Source of the DNA: a virus
Taxonomy: Duplodnaviria > Caudoviricetes
Virus record (IMG/VR): IMGVR_UViG_3300027791_000090
Coordinates: 1-29,742 of that record
DNA length: 29,742 nucleotides
Direction: 5' to 3' (one strand)
How positions within the stretch are numbered: the first letter of the stretch is position 1; every line of letters begins with the position of its first letter. The position numbers and the translations under genes were made by a program. Shown here one piece after another: positions 8,641-16,775 of this stretch. Under the pieces are notes generated by a model. The model was not told the DNA's origin and did not search any database. It saw only the letters and a program-made list of their open reading frames with translations.

Positions 8641-11198
8641 ATCCTCTCAAGCGTCCAATGCCTCCAGGCGTTCGTTTGCCAGGAATTGACGTAGAAAAGC
8701 GTTTTTACCTTGAACTGGGCATTGACCCCAAATCTTCCAACTACGACCTTCTGAGGGCGCTGTGTCTCCGTGGAGTGCAACAGAGAGGCATTGACAAGTT
8801 AAAAAACAAAGAACAATACTATGATCGTGTAAAAATGGAGCTTTCTGTCCTAAAAGACCTAGGATTCATTGATTATATACTTCTAAATTGGGATGTTTTA
8901 AACTTTTGTCACGAAAATGAAATACCAACTGGCCCAGGTCGGGGTTCTGCCGCTGGGTCTTTAGTGCTTTTCCTACTGCGCGTTACAAATGTAGACCCAA
9001 TTAAATACGACCTTTTCTTCGAACGTTTTGTCTCCAAAAGCAGGGCAAAGAAAACTATCGTGGATGGTATTACCTACCTCGACGGCTCTCTACTTGCTGA
9101 CGTAGATAACGACATTTCCTACGATCGTCGCCAAGAAGTCATAAAATATATTGAAGAGCAACACAAAGGAAGAACCTGTAAAATCTTAACCCTAAACACT
9201 TTGAGCAGCAAATTATGTGTAAAGGAGTGCGGTAAAATAGTTGGAGAGATGCCTGAAGATGAGGTTAATCAGATAAGTTCACTGATCCCTAAGCAGTTCG
9301 GTAAGGTGGCTAAACTAAGCCAAGCACTAGAAGAAAGCGATAAATTCAAAGAGTTTGCGGATAAAAACAAAAAAATATTTAAAATTGCAAAAAAATTAGA
9401 AGGATTAAACAAAAATACAGGAGTTCACCCATCTGGTATCGCTATTAGTTTCTACAATATTGAAGAAATTATGCCGATGCAAAAAACAAACGATGGTAAC
9501 TTAATATCTGCCTATGACATGAACGACGTTGCGTCCTTGACTGTCAAGTTTGATATCCTCGGACTTAGAACCCTTTCCGTAGTAAGCGACACTTGCAAGC
9601 GGTTGGGGATCAAAATGGAAGATATAGATGTTGGACTCCCAGAAATATATGAAAACTTCAAATTCATTGAGACACCAAAAGGTTTGTTCCAGATTGAAGC
9701 GGATACAAATTTTAAAGTCTGTAAAAAGATCGCTCCTAAAAACCTGGAGGAGCTGTCTGCTGTTGTTGCGATTGCTCGCCCTGGTGCACTTGACTATCTG
9801 GATGTTTATGCTGACTATGCTACCACCTCAAGATTTCAGTCAGTTAATGAATTCTTTGACGATATTCTTTCTTACACTGGCGGCATTCCCCTATATCAAG
9901 AGCAGTTAATGAAGATGGCCGTTAAGGTCGGATTTACTCTTGATGAGTCAGAACAGCTTCGTAGAATTGTGGGCAAAAAGAAAGTGGATCAAATGCCTGC
10001 TTGGAAAGCTAAGATTGAGCAAAAGATTGAAGAGAAAAATTTAGACAAAGAAGTTGGAGAGGTTTTGTGGAAAGTTGCAGAAGATTCAGCAAACTACTCC
10101 TTTAATAAATCGCACTCAATTAGCTATGCGATTCTCGCCGCTATCACAACTTATTTAAAATTTAAGCATCCGCAAGAGTTCTTTCTTTCCTTGCTTAAAA
10201 TGACCAAGCATGAGCCAGACTCTCATGCCGAGATAGCTCTTATCAGCCAAGAGCTGTGCCAGTTTAACATGAAGCTTCTACCGCCAGATTTATCAAAGTC
10301 AGACATTAACTTTGGCATCGAAGGACGCAACATTAGATACGGAGTTAATAGTGTCAAAGGGGTATCAGAAAAAACTCTAGAGAATTTAGTTGATTTTAGA
10401 AAAGCCCAAGAGACTAATCAAAACAAGTATGATATATTTACTAATGCCAAACAGTCAGGCATTAATATTGGGGTGCTTTCTGGTTTGATTCAAGGAGGTA
10501 CGATGGATTCTTTTTGTGAAACAAGCTCAACTTTACCCAATCGCTGTCGCCTAGTCTTAGAGGCTCAGTCTTTTAACATACTTACCGATAGAGAAAAGAG
10601 AAATATTATTCAAATCGGAGAAGAGTACAAACATGATGTTCTCAATACTATTCAAGCAATTGTAAAAGACTCTTTAGTCGCCGATGACGGTAGGCCCATT
10701 ATGAAGGCATCGCGTTTCCAAACATTCAAAAAGAAGTATGAAGGCTACAAGAGTATATATGAAAAAAACAAAAACCACCTTGAGTTTGCTAATTGGTTTT
10801 TTGAGAGAAAGTATTTGGGGTACAGCCATTCTACAGAAATTAAAAAAGTTTTTAAAAACTCTGGCGATCTTTATAACAGCTTAGAAATGAAATCCATAGC
10901 CGACCATGATAGAGTTAAGTTCGTAGGGGTAGTCACAGACTGTGTTTCTAGAACAAGTAAAAATGGCAACAAGTACATGAGGGCGGAAGTGCAAGACGAC
11001 TTCGGCAAGGTTAATTTTATGCTTATGAATAATAGAAGGTCTTCTACTCTAGATAACTACTTAAACAATGGAGGTAAAAAACCAAAAGAAGGAGAGATAG
11101 TTTTTATTTACGGAAGCAAAGGTGACGATGTTATTTTTGGAGAAAAATTAACCATCCTTGATGAAAAAATTTACACAAAACTTTCAGAAGTAAAATAA
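8622..11198 (+). CDS. dnaE: DNA polymerase III alpha core lacking PHP
   Basis: GPGRGSAAGSLV, FERF, DVDND, GVHPSG, KFDILGL, LFQIE, IARPG, YQEQLM, YSFNKSHS, LLPPD, HhH SVKGVS, C-terminal OB fold. Confidence 0.95.
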   Translation: MGIRNLNPLKRPMPPGVRLPGIDVEKRFYLELGIDPKSSNYDLLRALCLRGVQQRGIDKLKNKEQYYDRVKMELSVLKDLGFIDYILLNWDVLNFCHENEIPTGPGRGSAAGSLVLFLLRVTNVDPIKYDLFFERFVSKSRAKKTIVDGITYLDGSLLADVDNDISYDRRQEVIKYIEEQHKGRTCKILTLNTLSSKLCVKECGKIVGEMPEDEVNQISSLIPKQFGKVAKLSQALEESDKFKEFADKNKKIFKIAKKLEGLNKNTGVHPSGIAISFYNIEEIMPMQKTNDGNLISAYDMNDVASLTVKFDILGLRTLSVVSDTCKRLGIKMEDIDVGLPEIYENFKFIETPKGLFQIEADTNFKVCKKIAPKNLEELSAVVAIARPGALDYLDVYADYATTSRFQSVNEFFDDILSYTGGIPLYQEQLMKMAVKVGFTLDESEQLRRIVGKKKVDQMPAWKAKIEQKIEEKNLDKEVGEVLWKVAEDSANYSFNKSHSISYAILAAITTYLKFKHPQEFFLSLLKMTKHEPDSHAEIALISQELCQFNMKLLPPDLSKSDINFGIEGRNIRYGVNSVKGVSEKTLENLVDFRKAQETNQNKYDIFTNAKQSGINIGVLSGLIQGGTMDSFCETSSTLPNRCRLVLEAQSFNILTDREKRNIIQIGEEYKHDVLNTIQAIVKDSLVADDGRPIMKASRFQTFKKKYEGYKSIYEKNKNHLEFANWFFERKYLGYSHSTEIKKVFKNSGDLYNSLEMKSIADHDRVKFVGVVTDCVSRTSKNGNKYMRAEVQDDFGKVNFMLMNNRRSSTLDNYLNNGGKKPKEGEIVFIYGSKGDDVIFGEKLTILDEKIYTKLSEVK

Positions 11199-12700
11199 TG
11201 GACTTATCTAAATTTAATTTAACGCCTTCAGCCAAAAAAGCCTTAAAGGACAGTGAGTTTATAGCGGAGACATTCGGCCACTTAAAAGTAATAGACCTCC
11301 ATCTTATAATTTCTATATTAGATTTTAGCCACAACAATATAGACTTTGTGTTTAGTTCTAATGGGATCATTAAAGAGGGAATTAAAAAAAGCATGGAGTA
11401 TGCCGTGTCCAGCTACAAAGAGCCCAGAAGAAAAAAGAAAATATATTCTAAGGAGATACTAGACATTTTAGACAATTCTCTTAAATTGTCAGCTAGGTTA
11501 AAAGATGAATTTATCGGGATAGACCATATACTATTTATCATACTAACTACAAGAGAAGAGCTGTGTGATTTTTTACTTTCCCTTGATATTGATTTAGAGA
11601 AAATCAATAGAGACCTAAAAGATACTATAAAAAATGGGATACCAAAAGATCTAGTAGTATCGAGTCAACCAGCTAAAAATCCGAAGGGCGAGTCTTTATC
11701 TGATATTTCAGATTGGTGTGAAGATTTAAATGACAAAATAGAAGCCAGAGGAGATTTTGAAATTTTCGGCAGGGAGGAAGAAATAGATAGAATCTTTGAA
11801 GTGCTTCTCAAGAAAAATAAGAGTAATGTAATTTTGGTTGGAGAAGCTGGTGTTGGTAAAACTGCAATCGTAGAGGGCATGGCAGAAAAAATACTAAAAA
11901 GACAATGCCCAGATTTACTTTTACATAAAAAAATACTTTCATTAGACTTAACTTCGGTTCTTGCTGGCACAATATACAGAGGACAAATGGAAGAAAAACT
12001 TAAAAAAATTCTAGACCAGCTATCATCATCAGGTAATCATTACATTCTTTTTATTGATGAAATACACAATATAATTGGCGCTGGAGGTGGATCAGATGGT
12101 GGAGGTTTGGACTTTGCAAACATAATGAAGCCAGCTCTATCTAGAGGAGATATGTCCTGCGTAGGAGCTACCACCAAAGAAGAATACGAAAGATTTTTCA
12201 AAAAGGACGCTGCCTTAAATCGCAGGTTCGAAAAAATAGACATAAAAGAACCCACAAAAGAAGAAACTTTTGAATTGATTAAAGTTGCCAAAAAATCCTA
12301 TGAAAAATTTCACCAAGTTGAATACAAAGAGGATGTGCTTTCTAAAATAATAGATCTTTGCGATATTTATTTAACAAATAAAAAATTTCCAGACAAAGCT
12401 TTTGATATTTTAGACGAATCTGGAGCTATAACCAAAAAAATAAACTTCGTTCGTCCGCAAAAAGCTAAAAATATGGAGGACAAGCTAATGAATTCTGAAT
12501 TTCAAGACAGCCCACAACACGCCAAGTTTCAGAAGGCTTACTCCAAAATCATAGAAAAATGGGGAAAAAGTCTCGAAAATAAAGTTTTTCCTGTTGACAT
12601 TGATGTAGTATATGATATATTTGCATATAAGTTAAACACCTCTAAGGAAAACGTTAGAAAAGGAAACAACATTCCGTTATCAGGTAAAATAGGATTTTAA
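11198..12700 (+). CDS. Truncated ClpA/ClpC-like AAA+ ATPase (Clp-N repeats + D1 only)
   Basis: Two Clp-N repeats, GREEEI, KKNKSNVILVGEAGVGKT, LFIDEIH, GATTKEEY, DAALNRRF, KFPDKAFDILDE. No second Walker A. Confidence 0.9.
   Translation: MDLSKFNLTPSAKKALKDSEFIAETFGHLKVIDLHLIISILDFSHNNIDFVFSSNGIIKEGIKKSMEYAVSSYKEPRRKKKIYSKEILDILDNSLKLSARLKDEFIGIDHILFIILTTREELCDFLLSLDIDLEKINRDLKDTIKNGIPKDLVVSSQPAKNPKGESLSDISDWCEDLNDKIEARGDFEIFGREEEIDRIFEVLLKKNKSNVILVGEAGVGKTAIVEGMAEKILKRQCPDLLLHKKILSLDLTSVLAGTIYRGQMEEKLKKILDQLSSSGNHYILFIDEIHNIIGAGGGSDGGGLDFANIMKPALSRGDMSCVGATTKEEYERFFKKDAALNRRFEKIDIKEPTKEETFELIKVAKKSYEKFHQVEYKEDVLSKIIDLCDIYLTNKKFPDKAFDILDESGAITKKINFVRPQKAKNMEDKLMNSEFQDSPQHAKFQKAYSKIIEKWGKSLENKVFPVDIDVVYDIFAYKLNTSKENVRKGNNIPLSGKIGF
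12594..12621 (+). promoter_or_regulatory. sigma70-like promoter with extended -10
   Basis: TTGACA(12594-99)-N16-TATATT(12616-21), preceded by TGn; upstream of ORF 12710. Confidence 0.55.
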
Positions 12701-12709
12701 TAATTAATT

Positions 12710-12919
12710 ATGAGAAAAACAAATCGTATCGTAAAAACAATGAAGCAAAGCGGAGGCCGATTCTTTGGTCTTCGGACAAAAGACGGAGCTAGTTATAATG
12801 CTCAGTTTGTTAATGAGACCCCCAGTTATGTGATTATTCACGACCGAAACGCTGGGGTTAAGCGAAAGTTCGCTAAAACCAGTCTAACTGGACTCAAAAT
12901 GGGTACAGTCAGTATCTAA
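12710..12919 (+). CDS. Small basic protein, possible Sm/Hfq-like or SH3 fold
   Basis: 69 aa, helix followed by a multi-strand beta pattern; followed by an intrinsic terminator. Confidence 0.7.
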   Translation: MRKTNRIVKTMKQSGGRFFGLRTKDGASYNAQFVNETPSYVIIHDRNAGVKRKFAKTSLTGLKMGTVSI

Positions 12920-12925
12920 TCAACT

Positions 12926-12951
12926 AGGGCGGTAGAAATACCGCCTTTTTT
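12926..12951 (+). terminator. Rho-independent terminator
   Basis: GGCGGTA-GAAA-TACCGCC stem-loop followed by TTTTTT. Confidence 0.9.
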
Positions 12952-12963
12952 GTGTAATATAAT
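12952..12963 (+). promoter_or_regulatory. GTGTAA motif + TATAAT, leaderless promoter candidate
   Basis: GTGTAA(12952-57) directly followed by TATAAT(12958-63), 6 nt before ATG 12970, right after the terminator. Confidence 0.6.
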
Positions 12964-12969
12964 CTATCT

Positions 12970-14181
12970 ATGGGCACTAAAGGAAAGGAAATATATCTAG
13001 GTAATTTGTTTACAATTGATATCAAACCAGATCAAAGAGATTCTGAAATTTCAGAATTCGAAGCGGAGCTAATCAGATCGTACCTTAAAGATGTGCTGTC
13101 AGATATAGAAGAGGCCGAAAGCACAATAGAATTAATAAATTCAAATTTTTTCTATGAAAGTTATTCTTTTATAAACGAAAATAAAAAATATCTATTAAAA
13201 ATTAGTTTAGATCCAGACAACGGAAAGCTTTCTACTGAAAAAAAAGCTCTAGATGCTGTAAGTGATTTAATATCGCCCGAAGTCATAAATTATACAAATG
13301 ACGAAGATTCTGGAATTGAATTTCTTCTTTTTAGTTGGGAAAACGGAGATAATTTTGATTTCTTTGGTATAGACGACCTTATGCATAATATCGGCACTTT
13401 TACATGTAATTTGGACTTTATGCATGAATCTAATTCTTCGGAGCTGCTGTCTTTTGAAGATAAATTTACCCAAAACGAATCAATCTTAGAGCTTTTTGAA
13501 GCCTCAGACGAAAAAGAGAAAGTCATTTTTGAAAACTTAGTAGATCTAAACTTGGATGATGCTAAAAACATTTTCTCAACACTTAAAAGCATTTTTCAAG
13601 AAAGGTATTCCGAAGACATAACCGTCTTATGCCATTCTAACCTTAAAAAGAGCAACATCTTATACCAATCAGAATATATAAAGTTTATTAATTTTGAGCA
13701 CTCCCACAGGGCGGACATTTATTATAGCCTACTTAAAGTCATTAATAACCTGTACTTATTTAAATCATCTAAAGATATCAGTTTATTTTTAGAAAGATAT
13801 CACTCATTTTCTAATTTGGTTAAGGACCTTTCTCTCGAAGATTTTTTAAGCAAGTATGAAGAAAAAAAAGAGACAAATCAACTTCTCCTCTTTCAAGATA
13901 TATTTCATAAGGTGCTCTTTCATTTTAATGCTTATGGAGCTTTTTATAAATCGTCGGACTTGATAAGGTATATTGAATTGTATAATAACCTTAGATCGAC
14001 TGTTGAAAAATATTTTCCCGACTATATAAAAAGTTTAGATAAATTGTTTTATACATGTATCCAAACCGTTGAAACTTACGATATAGACAAGTTAAAAACA
14101 ATTGCGGGTGAAGTTGATGAAGAAGAAGTTGACGAAGATTACTCAAACCCAGGAATAGAAGATTACGAAGCTGCAGATTAG
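12970..14181 (+). CDS. APH/choline-kinase-like phosphotransferase fold, likely pseudokinase
   Basis: KYLLKI (beta3 Lys), LSTEKKAL (alphaC Glu), SPEVI, SWENG, LCHSNLKKSNIL, KFINFE; acidic C-terminal tail. Confidence 0.7.
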   Translation: MGTKGKEIYLGNLFTIDIKPDQRDSEISEFEAELIRSYLKDVLSDIEEAESTIELINSNFFYESYSFINENKKYLLKISLDPDNGKLSTEKKALDAVSDLISPEVINYTNDEDSGIEFLLFSWENGDNFDFFGIDDLMHNIGTFTCNLDFMHESNSSELLSFEDKFTQNESILELFEASDEKEKVIFENLVDLNLDDAKNIFSTLKSIFQERYSEDITVLCHSNLKKSNILYQSEYIKFINFEHSHRADIYYSLLKVINNLYLFKSSKDISLFLERYHSFSNLVKDLSLEDFLSKYEEKKETNQLLLFQDIFHKVLFHFNAYGAFYKSSDLIRYIELYNNLRSTVEKYFPDYIKSLDKLFYTCIQTVETYDIDKLKTIAGEVDEEEVDEDYSNPGIEDYEAAD

Positions 14182-14200
14182 GTTATATAAAATAATAGAA

Positions 14201-14223
14201 TATTACATTTATTACATTATAAT
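14201..14223 (+). promoter_or_regulatory. Tandem 9-mer repeat abutting a -10 box
   Basis: TATTACATT x2 (14201-14218), then TATAAT (14218-23), 5 nt before ATG 14229. Confidence 0.5.
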
Positions 14224-14228
14224 CCTGC

Positions 14229-14696
14229 ATGAGTCACAAGCAACACGATATTTATAAGCCAAATTCTTTTAATTCTGGGTGTGCATTTTCTTTTAAAATT
14301 GTCGAGAAAGATAAGGAAGGAAATAATCAAAAACCTTCATTTTTAGTACAGTCAATTAAACAGGCTAGCTGGAATAGTCAAAAGAAAACAGGATCTTTCA
14401 GCGCAAACGCCAAAGACCCAGAGAAAAATATTTATTTTAAGTTGGGAGAAAATGAAATTGGCGGCATGCTCAATGCAATTGAAAATTATGCAGAGTTCTC
14501 AGCTTATCATAGCTATAATGAAGATAAAACTCAAATATCTTTCAAGCCCTACACGAAGAAGAACGGGCAAAAAGCCTTTTCTTTCAGTGTGGTAAAAAAC
14601 TCTACTCTAAAATTTGGAATGGGAGTTGAGCTGTCAGAAGCTAGAACGCTTAAAGGCTTGTTTGATCTTTTCCTATTTAAGTATTTTGATTATTAA
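14229..14696 (+). CDS. Putative Whirly-like single-stranded nucleic-acid-binding protein
   Basis: Two beta-sheet/helix repeats with collinear motif similarity to plant Whirly proteins (see findings). Confidence 0.6.
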   Translation: MSHKQHDIYKPNSFNSGCAFSFKIVEKDKEGNNQKPSFLVQSIKQASWNSQKKTGSFSANAKDPEKNIYFKLGENEIGGMLNAIENYAEFSAYHSYNEDKTQISFKPYTKKNGQKAFSFSVVKNSTLKFGMGVELSEARTLKGLFDLFLFKYFDY

Positions 14697-16387
14697 TGAA
14701 AAAAGTTCTTTTTCACTCTAATTCAGCTAAAGCATTCACGGGTTTCGGAAAAAATGCGAAAAATATTCTTCGCTATCTTCACAAAACTGGCAAATACGAG
14801 GTTATTGAATTTGCAAATGGTATGCAGTGGGGCAACCCATCTCTTTCATTAAGGCCTTGGAAGGCTCAAGGCTCGCTTCCAAATAACCCAGCCGTTATAC
14901 AACAAATAAATTCCGATCAAAACAAGTCTAGATTAGCTGCATATGGATCATTCACTATCGATCAGGCTATAAAAGAATATAAGCCAGACATATATATAGG
15001 ATGTGAAGATATTTGGGCTTTCTCAAATTATTGGGAAAAACCTTGGTGGGATAAAATCAATAATATGATTTGGACTACCTTGGACAGTCAACCAATACTC
15101 AGTCAAGCACTAGAAGCGGCACCAAAAACTAAAAATTTTTACGTCTGGGCCTCTTTCGCAGAAAAAGACATGAAAGAACTTGGTCATGATCATGTGGGCA
15201 CTTTACATGGAACAGTAAACACAGAAGATTTTTATAAAATTAGCGATCTCGATAAACAGAAGACGAGAAGCAAATTTAATCTTTCTGACGAATTCATTGT
15301 TGGCTTTGTATTTAGAAACCAACTGAGAAAAAGCGTGCCTAATTTACTTGAGGGTTTTAAAACATTTAAAAAAGAATGCCCCGAAGCTAAACTATTATTA
15401 CATACGCATTGGAGCGAAGGCTGGGATATACCAAGGCTTTTAAAAGAAAAAGGTATAAACAATGATGACATTTTAACTACTTATTTTTGCTCTTCTTGTA
15501 AAAAATACGCAATAGCCCCTTTTTGTGGTCAAGAGAAAACTTGCCCATTTTGTGGATCTGAAAAAACTTTCAATACTACAAATACTAAAAATGGAGTTGA
15601 CGAGTCACAGCTAAATGAAATTTATAATATTATGGATGTTTACTGCCATCCATTTACGAGCGGGGGAATGGAGATACCCATCTTCGAAGCAAAAATGACC
15701 GAACTTGTAACGTTGGTCACAAACTATTCTTGCGGAGAAGACTCTTCTAGTCTTGAATGCGGCAGCTTTCCGCTTGATTGGTCAGAATACAGAGAGCCAG
15801 GGACTCAATTTATCAAAGCCTCAACTTATCCATCTAGCATAGCCAAACAACTTAAAAAGGTTTGGAAAATGCACAAAAACAAACGTAATGAGATGGGTAA
15901 AAAAGGCCGAGAATGGACGATCAAAAACTATTCAACGGAAGCTGTTGGCAAAAAACTCGAAAAGATTTTAGACGCGATGCCAGACATAGACTATGATTTT
16001 TTAGAAATCAATAAGGTAGACGAAAACGCAATACAATTGCAAGATTTACTTGACGAAGGCAAAAGAATCGCTGTCGTTATGCCTGAATCTGCTGGAGATG
16101 TTTTATGGATTAATAGTTTAATGACAAATCTCAAAAAACTTTACACTGATCATGATATTTATGTTTTCACTAACCCTCAATTCTTCGATTATATAGAAGA
16201 CCATCCAGCGGTCCACAAAGTTCTACCATATTCTCAACAAATCGACAACTTACATTTTCTAGAAGGTAAAAAAGGGCATGAGGGATTTTTTGATATAGCG
16301 TTCTTGCCACATTACGGGACTCAGCGCTTCCACAATTATCATCATAATGGAATAGACAAAACACAATTTGAGTTATATGAAAATTAA
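14696..16387 (+). CDS. GT4-like glycosyltransferase with Zn-ribbon insert and C-terminal GT9 N-lobe
   Basis: TGFGKNA, FRNQLRKS, LNEIYNIMDVYCHP.TSGGMEIPIFEA, GKKGREW; CSSC...CPFC; C-terminal IAVVMPESAGDVLW...HPAVHKVL. Confidence 0.85.
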   Translation: MKKVLFHSNSAKAFTGFGKNAKNILRYLHKTGKYEVIEFANGMQWGNPSLSLRPWKAQGSLPNNPAVIQQINSDQNKSRLAAYGSFTIDQAIKEYKPDIYIGCEDIWAFSNYWEKPWWDKINNMIWTTLDSQPILSQALEAAPKTKNFYVWASFAEKDMKELGHDHVGTLHGTVNTEDFYKISDLDKQKTRSKFNLSDEFIVGFVFRNQLRKSVPNLLEGFKTFKKECPEAKLLLHTHWSEGWDIPRLLKEKGINNDDILTTYFCSSCKKYAIAPFCGQEKTCPFCGSEKTFNTTNTKNGVDESQLNEIYNIMDVYCHPFTSGGMEIPIFEAKMTELVTLVTNYSCGEDSSSLECGSFPLDWSEYREPGTQFIKASTYPSSIAKQLKKVWKMHKNKRNEMGKKGREWTIKNYSTEAVGKKLEKILDAMPDIDYDFLEINKVDENAIQLQDLLDEGKRIAVVMPESAGDVLWINSLMTNLKKLYTDHDIYVFTNPQFFDYIEDHPAVHKVLPYSQQIDNLHFLEGKKGHEGFFDIAFLPHYGTQRFHNYHHNGIDKTQFELYEN

Positions 16388-16775
16388 CATTCCAATATCA
16401 GTGGGGGAACTTGTTGATAAAATTACAATTCTTGAAATTAAATCGATAATGATTAGCGACAAGGCTAAACTAGTTGAAGTTGAAAATGAAAAAATTCAAC
16501 TCACGAAAGAGTTTCAAAAAATTTCTAGCGCTAAACTTTCTAAATCACAACTCTTCGCTCTAAAAGCAGATCTTTATGAAACCAATTTAAGACTTTGGCA
16601 CATTGAAGATAATATCAGAAAGTGTGAACGAAATAAAAATTTTGACGCAGAATTTGTTAGATTAGCCAGGGGCGTTTATCAAGCAAACGATATGCGATTT
16701 AGTATTAAAAATAATATCAATAAATTAACCAATTCAGACATAAAAGAAGTAAAATCATATGAGTCATATAGTTGA
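16377..16775 (+). CDS. DUF6165-like protein
   Basis: IPISVGELVDKITILEIK...NLRLWHIEDNIR.CE...FVRLARGVY..ND.R..IK..IN...S.IKEVKSY, a pattern typical of glycosylation loci. Confidence 0.8.
   Translation: MKINIPISVGELVDKITILEIKSIMISDKAKLVEVENEKIQLTKEFQKISSAKLSKSQLFALKADLYETNLRLWHIEDNIRKCERNKNFDAEFVRLARGVYQANDMRFSIKNNINKLTNSDIKEVKSYESYS

Noticed and set aside
7960-8645. Programmed -1 frameshifts fusing PHP, DnaQ and DnaE (each next ORF is in the -1 frame)
   Set aside because: No canonical X XXY YYZ slippery site or stimulatory hairpin at the junctions, and dnaQ has its own strong AAGGAGG SD.
8791-8825. TTGACA inside dnaE (also at 8399 and about 19517)
   Set aside because: No acceptable -10 box at 16-18 bp spacing.
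3763-11198. Inteins or introns in the helicase or polymerase
   Set aside because: Conserved motifs are contiguous, with no intein splice-junction or homing-endonuclease motifs.
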